A stretch of DNA of 64,000 bases. Origin: Escherichia phage Ptacy1479. The DNA lies in sequence record PQ863256.1; one strand, 5' to 3'. Numbering within the stretch: the stretch's first letter is position 1; each line of letters opens with the position of its first letter. Positions 39,949 to 49,597 of this stretch are shown here, one piece after another. The position numbers and the translations under genes were made by a program. The notes beneath the pieces were generated by a model that ran no database searches, had not been told where the DNA came from, and saw nothing but the letters and a program-made list of their open reading frames with translations.

Positions 39949-41979
39949 TTAACCTCTATTCAATGAACATTTAGGAGAATTACAATAAACTTGATTCATA
40001 GAACCAAGCGTACAACTTTCAGCATCGCGCCACGGAATCTGCTTAAAACACTCTGAACAGTAACCGAGGGTTGACCACATTGCTTTGGTGAAGTCAGTGC
40101 TTCGGTTTCCGTCGAAGCTGACAACAGTTTTGCGGAGAGCTGTTCGTGATTCAGGAAACACACCTGCTTTCTCAGCAGGTTCCTCCTTTTTTGGCTTAGT
40201 TGAGATTGCAAAAATACTGTTGCTACGTTTCTCAACATAAGCATCAACAACATCCTCCAGAGTGATGCCTGTCTGTTTCGCTGAGGAAGGTAATACAGTC
40301 ATACGACCAATCATGTCTTCAGTTACACGTAAAGCAAATTCAGGACGACGGGCGTTTGTTGTATCTGTTGCTTTAATCCAGACATAACCATCTTTGATCG
40401 TAGCATTAGACACTTTCTTCTTTACTTCTACAGCGCAGACTTTACAGATATCTTCACCACGAAGACGACTAAGTTCATCATCGAACTCGTTCTCTGTTTT
40501 AACTTCACCGCAGATTTCACAAACACCAATAGGAGTTTCCTCCTCTTCTTCCTCTTTAGGTTTAGTCAAACCTTCCAGACATTCAGGATGCCAGTAGCAT
40601 TGATATGCGAAGACCGCTTTAGGTGCATCCTTCCAATCAATGTGTTTGTCACAACCGCCACAGTCACCATGAGAGTGTGCTTCCCAGAATTTACGAGTGA
40701 TAGTAACGCCATTCTTGTTGACGAAACTATCATTCATGTCAAAAGGGATATCATCATCAAAGTCAGCAGTAGTAGACTCAGGCTCCTTTTTCTCCAGAGA
40801 TGGGTCAACAAAACGACCTGCTGTGATCACTAAACGGACCATAGCATTGACTTCGGAGATGCAGGATACTGTCCCACGGTAAACAATTTTAGGGTCTTTC
40901 AGGGCATCCTGATAAGCCTTAATGTCTACGTTATGAACATCACCTTCGATATACTCTTGAGACTTCTCATCGTAGATATAACCAATCATCTTACCACGAG
41001 AAGGAACAGCACCAGCAGTTGCATAAGGAATAAATTCATGTGGTGTAATCTCCACAGTCATGTCGCGGCGAATGTCAATATTTCGATCGCTTGCGATTTT
41101 GTTTTGACTTACCACTGCGTTTCTTCGACGAACGTCTGCCGCTGTCACGCCCGGCTTCGTGTCGTAAGGATTGCTTGTATTGCTTTTTGAGGAACTTTGA
41201 TAGTTGCTTTGGCTGTAGTTGTTCGAGTAATAACTGCCCCAACGATTGGCTACCGTAAAAACCGGAAGCTCGTGGGCGACCTCTTCAACCAGAGTCATGC
41301 CGTTGTTTGACATATCAAAGATATACTCTGTACCAACTTTACATTCAAAATGCTCGTCAATACGGTTCTTATGAGACTTAGAACGCTTCAGAATCCACAT
41401 CAACATATCTTCTTCAGAAGCACCAAACCAATCTCTGTTACAACGTGCGAGGTGGAATGGACGCTCTTCGTTACGGATGATATGAAGGCGGTTATCAGAA
41501 GCATCATGCCAGATTAAAGTGAAAGCACCATCCAGCTTTTGAATAGTCTCTGCTGCACCAATGGTGTTAATAGAGTGGCAGATGTTCTCACTGTCTACCT
41601 CGAAGTTTTTGCTGTCAGGTAACAGATCTTGGTCCATCAAGGTTCCATTATGAACCAGAGTGATGTTACCATGTTGGAAAGGATGGGCGTTCTTGGCGTT
41701 AACTGCACCTTTCGTTGCATGACGACTGTGACCAACAATCCATGAAGGTGCTACAGTGTAAGCTGTTTCACCAGTGGTGTGCTTCTTGTACTCATCTTGT
41801 AAGATGAATGCGAAAGAAGGAAGAGCTTCTTTATAAGTGAAGACTTCCTTAGTGCTTTTACGCTGACCAAAGATACCAGAGGAATGTTGTCCTCGGAATA
41901 CTCCAGCATAAAAGAGTTGGTTGAATACGTCTAAATCGGTGCTTGACAGATTACCGCCAGCTAATACGATGCCACAAAT
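39949..41979 (-). CDS. class-II (Ntn, PurF-type) glutamine amidotransferase domain fused to a Cys-rich C-terminal domain; catalytic Cys preceded by in-frame TAG
   Basis: My translation upstream of the listed ORF gives KICGIVLAGG...RGQHSSGI...GHSRHATKG...NAHPF...LVHNGTL...DSE, matching PurF/GlmS N-terminal motifs; no canonical start between TAG (41983..41985) and Cys codon (41974..41976); upstream SD-ATG at 42012. Confidence 0.6.
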   Translation of the reverse strand: MCGIVLAGGNLSSTDLDVFNQLFYAGVFRGQHSSGIFGQRKSTKEVFTYKEALPSFAFILQDEYKKHTTGETAYTVAPSWIVGHSRHATKGAVNAKNAHPFQHGNITLVHNGTLMDQDLLPDSKNFEVDSENICHSINTIGAAETIQKLDGAFTLIWHDASDNRLHIIRNEERPFHLARCNRDWFGASEEDMLMWILKRSKSHKNRIDEHFECKVGTEYIFDMSNNGMTLVEEVAHELPVFTVANRWGSYYSNNYSQSNYQSSSKSNTSNPYDTKPGVTAADVRRRNAVVSQNKIASDRNIDIRRDMTVEITPHEFIPYATAGAVPSRGKMIGYIYDEKSQEYIEGDVHNVDIKAYQDALKDPKIVYRGTVSCISEVNAMVRLVITAGRFVDPSLEKKEPESTTADFDDDIPFDMNDSFVNKNGVTITRKFWEAHSHGDCGGCDKHIDWKDAPKAVFAYQCYWHPECLEGLTKPKEEEEEETPIGVCEICGEVKTENEFDDELSRLRGEDICKVCAVEVKKKVSNATIKDGYVWIKATDTTNARRPEFALRVTEDMIGRMTVLPSSAKQTGITLEDVVDAYVEKRSNSIFAISTKPKKEEPAEKAGVFPESRTALRKTVVSFDGNRSTDFTKAMWSTLGYCSECFKQIPWRDAESCTLGSMNQVYCNSPKCSLNRG

Positions 41980-42058
41980 TTTCTAATCCACCTGAAGGGT
42001 AAACCCTTTCATCTAATTAACCTTTAAATTGTGCCCCTTTATCAGAGGCACCCATTGA

Positions 42059-43162
42059 TTACAGCGCTTGCTCTAACTGATTTTCCAGATGGTCTGGAAT
42101 GTACCCTGTGATATTGTTATCACTATGACCTGACTCACGCAGTAAGTCAAAAATAGCACGGATACGTTGTTCTGGAGCGTGTCTTACTTGAGACAGGTCA
42201 GTTGTACGAAGCATAACCAGAATCTCTTGGTACAAGTTGTTAGCGTTCCCTCGGACATACCCAAGGAATCCGTAGAAGTCTGACATAAGACGCAAGTCAA
42301 CAAGAACATCTCCGTTGGAGTTGGTTCGACGTAAACGAATACGACCAGACTGTTCTACTTCATGAGAACGACAATACAAAACATCACGGGCCATACAATA
42401 GCCTGAATGCAAATCCGATTCATCCAGATTGTAATCCAGAGGAAGGTAAGGAAGCATTGGGGCAAATCGTACAGTATTTAAGTGCTCAATAAACTGATCA
42501 TTGCTCATATCTGCGTTATCTAGAGCCAGCTTCTTCAACATCAAGAAGCGGTTAACCAGATTGAGAAGTTGACCACGTTTCCACTTAGGCTCACTGATAC
42601 GGAACTCAATTGAACCGTATTGGGCAAGTGGCAGAAGGTTCAGAGATGTATATTTATCCCATGAACGAACCAGACGGTTGAAGAATTCTTCACCATCGTA
42701 GTTAAATGCGTCAGAGGCATTCATTACCTGTGCTTGTACCACTGCAAACGCAGGGCAGAAATTGCTACGGTAACGATGGTAGCCTGAACACTTGAACAAC
42801 ATCTTTTCGTAGAAGGTCCAAGCAAGGATGGTCTTCTTGAGGATATTACTATCAGCATCCCTCATATCCATATGAACGTGAGTAGAGCAACGCCAAGTCC
42901 CCTCGGCGTGCGATTCAGCTACTGCTTCACTCAGGTTGTTGATAGCGTCTAACAACTCCTGTCCGTTGTAAGGTCGTGAACATACCATTTCACAACCATT
43001 ACGCAGGGAACCATCCTCTGTGCAATCCCACATATCTGCTTCGATATGTTCAGAACCTTCGAGTTCAAGTTCAATACCGACACCGCACTGAAGTGCAATT
43101 GAACTATGCGCCTCAGTTAAACGACCTTCTCGATATCCAAAAGTTTGCGCTACAGTTGTCAT
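42059..43162 (-). CDS. COOH-NH2 ligase-type amidoligase (glutamine-synthetase-like fold)
   Basis: GVGIELELEG, GSLRNGCE and CSTHVHMD segments resemble amidoligase / GCS2-type carboxylate-amine ligase motifs. Confidence 0.5.
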   Translation of the reverse strand: MTTVAQTFGYREGRLTEAHSSIALQCGVGIELELEGSEHIEADMWDCTEDGSLRNGCEMVCSRPYNGQELLDAINNLSEAVAESHAEGTWRCSTHVHMDMRDADSNILKKTILAWTFYEKMLFKCSGYHRYRSNFCPAFAVVQAQVMNASDAFNYDGEEFFNRLVRSWDKYTSLNLLPLAQYGSIEFRISEPKWKRGQLLNLVNRFLMLKKLALDNADMSNDQFIEHLNTVRFAPMLPYLPLDYNLDESDLHSGYCMARDVLYCRSHEVEQSGRIRLRRTNSNGDVLVDLRLMSDFYGFLGYVRGNANNLYQEILVMLRTTDLSQVRHAPEQRIRAIFDLLRESGHSDNNITGYIPDHLENQLEQAL

Positions 43163-43776
43163 AACGAATCCACCAACGTAATATTATAATTGCTAAGGTT
43201 TTCAGAGATGTGATGAAAATACTCCAGAAGTCGCATCGGTTGTTGACCGTAAGAGTCACGAGGCGCTTCCAGATCTACCTGACCTACCAGTGCACCTTTA
43301 TAATGCACTTTACCATCTGTAGGATTGATGTAAATATAACGAGTAACCAATCCATCAAATTCAGGATTGAACAGACTGTAAACCATTTCACCAGAGATAG
43401 AACGACCAATCCCCGGAGCGTTTCGAATCTTATTACCCATCAAACCCTTCGCTCTCTGACGAACAGGGTTGATATGAGTCCAGCTTACGGTATTACCGTT
43501 ATGGAACAGATAACCAACATCAGGTGATTCAAGAATCAAGGTTGGGTCGAACACTGGAATATTCATCGTAGTGTTTCGGAGATTCCCATGCTCATTCTTG
43601 TACCACTGCTCTACAACAAAGTATAGAGCCTGTTCTGCTTCGTGTGAGAAGTCATCGCTGCGGAAGTTACCGCTCTGCTCAACACCAATCACAAAACACG
43701 GAAGGTTGATATTGCCTGCTCGTTTAGCAATCCATGTACCATTATAGTAATGAGAAAAATCAGCTACTAAGCTCAC
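43159..43776 (-). CDS. hypothetical protein in amidoligase island
   Basis: 205 aa ORF, overlapping stop/start with amidoligase. Confidence 0.4.
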   Translation of the reverse strand: MSLVADFSHYYNGTWIAKRAGNINLPCFVIGVEQSGNFRSDDFSHEAEQALYFVVEQWYKNEHGNLRNTTMNIPVFDPTLILESPDVGYLFHNGNTVSWTHINPVRQRAKGLMGNKIRNAPGIGRSISGEMVYSLFNPEFDGLVTRYIYINPTDGKVHYKGALVGQVDLEAPRDSYGQQPMRLLEYFHHISENLSNYNITLVDSL

Positions 43777-43785
43777 GATAACCTC

Positions 43786-44592
43786 TTATGCTACCTGAAG
43801 GAGTTTGATCTGCTGGTCCGCTTCTTTAACGTTGTTCCCGTTAATGATTTCATGAAGCTTCTCAATCGGAAGGCGAGAATGCAATGCCATCAGAGTGGAC
43901 ATATCACACTGCTGAACAACCTTGTCAACCTGATCGTAAACAAACTTACGGTTTTCACGATCACTAATCCAGAAGTTGGACAGCGAACGATATTCGATAC
44001 CGTAGTCCTTATAACGGATTGCAGACGCTTTACCGTAGAGTTCTTTACGGCGAGTATCTTTGTCCATAATTACTGCTGGAAGTGACAGGAAGTAATCACA
44101 CAGCACACCAAGCATCATCTGAGTTTGCAGAGTGATATCCAAAGCACCAACTACGCCAAGATGTACGTGACCACCGGCAGTACGAAGCCCCTTGTTCTGA
44201 GAAGTTGGGGATGGGTTTTTCTGACCAGTGAAAGCGTTGAAGTCAGGAGTGCATCCAAAGATGAACGCTGATTCATTAAAGGTCTTCATCTCTTCTTCGG
44301 TGAAGATGTGAGAGCTGACACCCGGAGCTGTTTCCATATCCAGCTTGTTCAGGACATTATTGGTGAGATCAATACCACGTTGCATGTTATCGTTAAACGC
44401 TTCAAAACCGCTCTGTGGGTCGATATCAAACTCAGCCAATACGTTGTCCTCTTGAAGACGAACATCCTTAGCCAGAGCGATCTTATCGTCCTTAGAACAG
44501 CCTAATAGACCGGCTACAGAGGTGATGATACCGTTGCTGGTACGAACAAACATTTCCGGGTCCGACCCGATAAGGAATTTGCGCTTAGTCAT
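43786..44592 (-). CDS. hypothetical protein, possibly a second divergent carboxylate-amine ligase
   Basis: FLIGSDPEMF and GGHVHLGV loosely parallel GxExE and HVH segments of the adjacent amidoligase. Confidence 0.3.
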   Translation of the reverse strand: MTKRKFLIGSDPEMFVRTSNGIITSVAGLLGCSKDDKIALAKDVRLQEDNVLAEFDIDPQSGFEAFNDNMQRGIDLTNNVLNKLDMETAPGVSSHIFTEEEMKTFNESAFIFGCTPDFNAFTGQKNPSPTSQNKGLRTAGGHVHLGVVGALDITLQTQMMLGVLCDYFLSLPAVIMDKDTRRKELYGKASAIRYKDYGIEYRSLSNFWISDRENRKFVYDQVDKVVQQCDMSTLMALHSRLPIEKLHEIINGNNVKEADQQIKLLQVA

Positions 44593-45556
44593 TGTAATAC
44601 TCCACTAGTTCAGAAAAGAGAGATGAGATTGTGTTACCAACTTCTTCAAGAGTAAGACCGGAATCTGCTCCAGTTCTCTGAATCAGTCGGGCTGTAAAGT
44701 TTTGTACTGTAATGTTTCCCAACTTGTCGTCTATTGCTTCACGTTTGTGACCATAACAGTTGGACCAGAGTCTTAACCACTCTGACATTGTTTCATACTC
44801 GTCTGGGTCTTGATCTTTAGCACGAGCAAATCTTCGTAAGGCATCTTGGTTGTGGTTACGAACATAACCATTCTCATTGTCGCCAACACCGAAGGGGTTT
44901 TGAACCCATACTTGCTTCGTATATTCATCAGAGTCTACAACCAAAGGAAGGAAAGCTGCTGCTGACATATTGTTGTTAATAACAATAGAGGTGCTCTCGC
45001 TACTCCCATTGGCTCTCCCTCGTTGAGACCACCCACCAAAGAAGTCACGACCCAACCCAGCTAACACTAGAGCGATGCCGATGCGTTTACGCTTCAGCCA
45101 CTCTTCCCTGTCTTCAATTCCTTCTGCTAGGAAATCCATTCCACGATACTGTCCTTCCAGAATGCTACGGAAGAGCATAAGTCCTGTGAAGATCTGATCT
45201 GCTGGATGCTCACGGAGGTTGACAGCAACACTATTCGCTGAGGTGATCGTAAATACGTCACGATAGCAAGACATGGAGTTCATAATGTCTGCCGTTTCAA
45301 CCAAGTTCTTTTCAATATCAGATGCAATATGACCGTGAAAAGAGTGAGTCCAGTAATTCAACATCTCCAGTTGCAAGTTGATATCACGGTTGAAGCGACG
45401 ATAACGACCTTCTTCCGAGATAACTTCACCATTAATGTCATTTACACACTGGCCTTGCATGTAGTTGTGGATACCGAAGCACCCACGACCTAAGAACTTC
45501 TGTTCCCCTAAATCCTGTTGAAGATTAAGAGGTACGATCGTTGTGGAGATTGACAT
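44585..45556 (-). CDS. hypothetical protein in amidoligase island
   Basis: 323 aa ORF, overlapping neighbours. Confidence 0.4.
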   Translation of the reverse strand: MSISTTIVPLNLQQDLGEQKFLGRGCFGIHNYMQGQCVNDINGEVISEEGRYRRFNRDINLQLEMLNYWTHSFHGHIASDIEKNLVETADIMNSMSCYRDVFTITSANSVAVNLREHPADQIFTGLMLFRSILEGQYRGMDFLAEGIEDREEWLKRKRIGIALVLAGLGRDFFGGWSQRGRANGSSESTSIVINNNMSAAAFLPLVVDSDEYTKQVWVQNPFGVGDNENGYVRNHNQDALRRFARAKDQDPDEYETMSEWLRLWSNCYGHKREAIDDKLGNITVQNFTARLIQRTGADSGLTLEEVGNTISSLFSELVEYYND

Positions 45557-45566
45557 AACTAACCTT

Positions 45567-46760
45567 TTATTTTCCTAAAAATAATCCGCTCATAACACCA
45601 TCCCACTCAGAGGACGGAATCACTGAATACTCCGAACTTTGGTCCAGAGTTCCACTACTAAATCGCTGAACAATGTTATAGATGTTGAACAGATCTTTAG
45701 TCTCAGCACGAATGCCGTAGATTAACCTGTCAGCTGTTCTTTCATTTTTAGACACGCGACGGGTAAAGTTAACCAAAAGATTATCACCTTTAAGTATCTC
45801 TGACCCATCTTTTACTAGATCGGGGTGCATCACTGGCAAGAACATTGAGTTGTTAACTCGCAATTCTGCTGTTTCGTCGTTCTCATAATGAATCCACTTA
45901 AAGTCTTCATCACGGAAGTGACCGCATCCATCTCTGTATGACTGTTGACGCCAAGGAACTTGAAATGCTTCAGCGTATTTATCAGCCATGCCGACTGTAA
46001 ACAGCGACGCTGGGAAGATACAAGCATCCCAATCGTTACCAACCAGAGTTGCTTTCTTTTCCCCTAAGAGGTTAGTGTAAGTGCTAACCATTCGTGAGTA
46101 AGCATAAGCCTGAAGGATTGTCCAGCCTTCAACCAACCATTTATGAAGGAAGGTTTCAACTTGACTCTCTTCATCTTCACAATAGAAGGTTCGGTCTAGC
46201 ATCAAATAGAACAGACAACGATCAGCAGGGATGTTCTCAGTTGCTACCCCCATAAAACCTTTCTCGTGCCAGCGTAAACAGGAGGGACGATCTTTATCCA
46301 CAAATGCTTCCATAGCTTCCAGTACAGCACGAGGTGTGGTTCGATGTTCAGGGTTTTTGTCGTTCCAACGTTCGATGTTATTTTTAAGCTCGCCTTCATG
46401 ATCAATTGCACCCCAACCTAAAGCTGCGGATATAGGTTTTTCATCACGCCAACGTCTAAAACCTAACATCTTCATGTGAGTTCCGGAGTTCCAGATATGC
46501 TTGATTTTACACATATCCATCTCTCGGCTTAATAAGAACTCTTCCCCATCAGCACTACGAACGTTAGCTTCTTCATGCCACACTCGAACGTGCATATTCC
46601 ACCCATGAGTTGCCTCATACATGTTAGGGTCGAAGTATTCATCTTCGTCATCATCTTCATCAACGCCACCATTATAGTTGCGAAGCTGAAGGAACCCATA
46701 ACAAGGAGGATTGACCGTTAAAACATTACCTTCAGTATCTTCTAATGTTACTGGAAACAT
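45567..46760 (-). CDS. hypothetical protein in amidoligase island
   Basis: 397 aa ORF, first large gene of the island. Confidence 0.4.
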   Translation of the reverse strand: MFPVTLEDTEGNVLTVNPPCYGFLQLRNYNGGVDEDDDEDEYFDPNMYEATHGWNMHVRVWHEEANVRSADGEEFLLSREMDMCKIKHIWNSGTHMKMLGFRRWRDEKPISAALGWGAIDHEGELKNNIERWNDKNPEHRTTPRAVLEAMEAFVDKDRPSCLRWHEKGFMGVATENIPADRCLFYLMLDRTFYCEDEESQVETFLHKWLVEGWTILQAYAYSRMVSTYTNLLGEKKATLVGNDWDACIFPASLFTVGMADKYAEAFQVPWRQQSYRDGCGHFRDEDFKWIHYENDETAELRVNNSMFLPVMHPDLVKDGSEILKGDNLLVNFTRRVSKNERTADRLIYGIRAETKDLFNIYNIVQRFSSGTLDQSSEYSVIPSSEWDGVMSGLFLGK

Positions 46761-46771
46761 TACACCAACCT

Positions 46772-47134
46772 CTATTGGTTTTTAATCAACTCAATCGATT
46801 TACGGATATAGAGAATATCTCGGAAGTTTCGATAGTTGTTCATAAATTGATGCTTCTGGAAAGTAGCTTCTTCCAGAGCTTTCTTTGCGTCTGCGTAGCT
46901 TTTACGGGCAAGATGTACAACCCGTTCTGGTAGCATGTTTGCATGACGGATGACATACTTGTGAGCTTTCATGTTGCTTTGCTCACGAGCAATCTTACCT
47001 TTAGCAACTTTGATACCATTTGCAATCCAAGCAAGTTCCTGCTCAAGCTCATCGTTGGACATTCCACCGAGGTTTGATGCAACCTTGTTCAGAGTTTCAA
47101 TATTAACGTTGCCCTTGATGGGACGTGTATTCAT
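46772..47134 (-). CDS. hypothetical protein
   Basis: 120 aa ORF. Confidence 0.35.
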   Translation of the reverse strand: MNTRPIKGNVNIETLNKVASNLGGMSNDELEQELAWIANGIKVAKGKIAREQSNMKAHKYVIRHANMLPERVVHLARKSYADAKKALEEATFQKHQFMNNYRNFRDILYIRKSIELIKNQ

Positions 47135-47742
47135 ACTTACTCCTGTTGTTTACACTCGTCAATAACCCACTGATAAGTGGATTGCTCAGAAAAGAAACAC
47201 TGAATAAATCCAGATGTTCTCTGCGTTACCAGTGCTAGTGCACAAATCACTACCGCTGCTGCTAGCAGTTTTAAATCTAATTTAGACATATTTCCTCTCA
47301 TTGAATTTAAAAAAGGACTCTCCGAAAAGAGCCAAGCTTTAAATCCAAAAAAAAGATATTACCCAATATCTGTGGATAACCTGCTCTTAAAATATCTATC
47401 CGACGGATGTTTGAGGAACACTCCTCGCCCTAGCATCGGCCCCATACGGGAAATATATTAAGATTAGGTTAGTTGAGTCAGAATAACTCACATAGCCCTC
47501 CGAGGAAGGCTATAGGCGTTACTACAACTAAAAATCACCTGATTTTACAAAACTATCACTAAGAATTTCGTCAATCTCTTTGCTAGTCAAATCTTTCCTG
47601 AACCAGCAACAAGGAACATCCACTCATTGACCAGAGTTGTTCTCTACAGAACATCGATTCCCTGTCTTACTCTTGCATTTATAGGATTTTCCTTTATCTA
47701 GGCGATAGTGTAATCTGTAAACGACAGACACAAGTGTTATCA

Positions 47743-47976
47743 TCACTCGCCTTTCTTAGCACGATCTTTGGCAGTTTTGCCAGTGCGGATTCGATGAGAA
47801 ACGTTAACCAGAGTGCCACCATCAACTACGGTAACGCTCTTGTTTTTAGCCAGATCGAACACAGTCTTCTCTGTGCCGCCCAAGCGAATTTGCTTAGGCT
47901 CGCTGAAGGTTTGGGTTGATTTGGATTGGAACTGGAACGGTTGACGGATTGCGTCGATTGCGCTTACTTTAGACAT
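47743..47976 (-). CDS. hypothetical protein
   Basis: 77 aa ORF. Confidence 0.3.
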   Translation of the reverse strand: MSKVSAIDAIRQPFQFQSKSTQTFSEPKQIRLGGTEKTVFDLAKNKSVTVVDGGTLVNVSHRIRTGKTAKDRAKKGE

Positions 47977-48208
47977 AGGGGAAATTCCTTAAAAAGTCAT
48001 GGCTGCGTAGAGGGAATTCCCTACGCAAATTGGGCTGCCCACAGAGAGGCGTCATAGTACTAAAAGGAGGAGAGAAGAGGGCTTATTTAGTTACCTTTTT
48101 TCTGTCCGTTTACAAACCAGATAATTGAGCCGTCAGGCTGTCGTTGACCGAAGCCTTTTTGGTTAATCATATCGTCATAAGAATATGCTTTACGTCTCAT
48201 TTGTTTTC

Positions 48209-48451
48209 CTATGGAGTTAAGATAATTTCAGCCTTACTAAACTTCTCACCAACTTCAAGAGTATCAGCAACAGGACGAGGCACACCTGTACCCAAACAAA
48301 CAGCCCTTCGATACCCTCCAGTCACAGGCATCATCAAATAGATGACCTGATTATCATCTTCTTTTAAAGTGAAGATATCAGCGATCGCTAGATCTTTAAC
48401 AAAGAGTTTCTTTTCTTCTTCATGATGAACTTTGATATGTATTGTGCTCAT
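48209..48451 (-). CDS. ~80 aa multicopy family protein (array 1)
   Basis: Shares L..G..F and (N/C)L.TG motifs with about ten other ORFs. Confidence 0.4.
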   Translation of the reverse strand: MSTIHIKVHHEEEKKLFVKDLAIADIFTLKEDDNQVIYLMMPVTGGYRRAVCLGTGVPRPVADTLEVGEKFSKAEIILTP

Positions 48452-48453
48452 GC

Positions 48454-48705
48454 CTACTCCTGAACCACTGACATACGAATCATTTCTACCTGATCATCAA
48501 GACCTTTAACAGATAATACACCTGTGGAAAGGTTTATCACAGGAACCCAGCCACTGGCTATGCGAATGTTACCAGAAGCATTTTCAACCCTCATGTAATA
48601 CTGAGGAGAAGCACTTCCGTTCTGAACTACGAAGGGGTTTCCGGGAATGATTGTTTCCAATCGTACCGTAGTATCCTTTTTCTTAGGGATGATTTTCATT
48701 AGCAA
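48454..48705 (-). CDS. ~80 aa multicopy family protein (array 1)
   Basis: IPGNPFVVQN and VINLSTGVLSV motifs. Confidence 0.4.
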   Translation of the reverse strand: MLMKIIPKKKDTTVRLETIIPGNPFVVQNGSASPQYYMRVENASGNIRIASGWVPVINLSTGVLSVKGLDDQVEMIRMSVVQE

Positions 48706-48947
48706 TCACTCACTAAAAGTTCTGCCGACACAGGAATAACTTGGCACCAGCTAGACGGTGCTGTTACGTTACCATCAGATAGACGGAGAGAGAGTACTCG
48801 ATCAGAGTTAACGGTTACATTAGGACTTTCAGATACAGTCCCTTTGACATAGAGAGTAGCACTCTCGGGGAATTTAAACACTGCTCCGCTGGGAAGGGTG
48901 TTGAGATCAACCTTGGTCACTTCTTCTTTCTTGTGAGTAATCTTCAT
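48699..48947 (-). CDS. ~80 aa multicopy family protein (array 1)
   Basis: LPSGAVFKFPES motif; tandem with neighbours. Confidence 0.4.
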   Translation of the reverse strand: MKITHKKEEVTKVDLNTLPSGAVFKFPESATLYVKGTVSESPNVTVNSDRVLSLRLSDGNVTAPSSWCQVIPVSAELLVSDC

Positions 48948-49198
48948 TTAGAATCCTTAATAACGTTAGCTTCAACCTTAACAGGAATAACAGAGATGCC
49001 CTCAACGGGGCCACTTAAGTGTCCATCTTCCAGTCTAACACACACGACTCGATCTCGTGCAACTTCTACCCAATTAGTAGATGCCGCAGTACAGACCATA
49101 TGAATTGGACCGTTCTCTTCCAGCCGGAAGGTATCGCCCTTCTTCAGAGTGTGGAGTTTCACAGTCTTGATAGTTTTGTTCAATTCGTTAACTTTCAT
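48944..49198 (-). CDS. ~80 aa multicopy family protein (array 1)
   Basis: LKKGDTFRLEEN motif; tandem with neighbours. Confidence 0.4.
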   Translation of the reverse strand: MKVNELNKTIKTVKLHTLKKGDTFRLEENGPIHMVCTAASTNWVEVARDRVVCVRLEDGHLSGPVEGISVIPVKVEANVIKDSK

Positions 49199-49206
49199 AT
49201 TGATTC

Positions 49207-49518
49207 CTATTTGAGTTTCAGGCTAATATTAAGGTGCATACATGCCCTGTTCTGTACAGCAGCATAGCTTCTGCCGAGCATGTCAGCCATTCTCTGAATA
49301 GACATAAACCCGGCATTACGGATAAGGAACTGGTCTTCTTCTTTAGACCACTTAACTCGGATTACAGCTCTAGAGATACCAAACTTAGTGCAAGCTGTAT
49401 TAACTGCATTCTCCGTTACATTCATAATCTGAGCAACCTCTTGAACAGAGTACTCTTTGATTAGTCTCCGAAGATTTTCAATCTGTATCGGAGTCCATAT
49501 AGTTCTTCGAGCTTTCAT
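49207..49518 (-). CDS. putative DNA-binding protein with two tandem HTH-like repeats
   Basis: Two about 40 aa repeats (WTPIQIENLRRLIKEYSVQEVAQIMNVTENAV / WSKEEDQFLIRNAGFMSIQRMADMLGRSYAAV) resembling sigma region-4 or Myb-like HTH. Confidence 0.35.
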   Translation of the reverse strand: MKARRTIWTPIQIENLRRLIKEYSVQEVAQIMNVTENAVNTACTKFGISRAVIRVKWSKEEDQFLIRNAGFMSIQRMADMLGRSYAAVQNRACMHLNISLKLK

Positions 49519-49563
49519 ACATCCTCCAATTAAATATTTATATAAGACTTGCTTAGATAAAGA

Positions 49564-49597
49564 TTCAATAAAATAGGGGGAGGGGACGAATCCTCCC
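49564..49597 (-). terminator. rho-independent terminator
   Basis: - strand stem GGGAGG-ATTCGTCC-CCTCCC followed by CCTATTTTATTG. Confidence 0.4.

Noticed and set aside
39996-41190. Short ORFs on both strands within the amidotransferase gene
   Set aside because: Nested in the long frame carrying the PurF-type motifs; Ser/Leu-rich chance ORFs.
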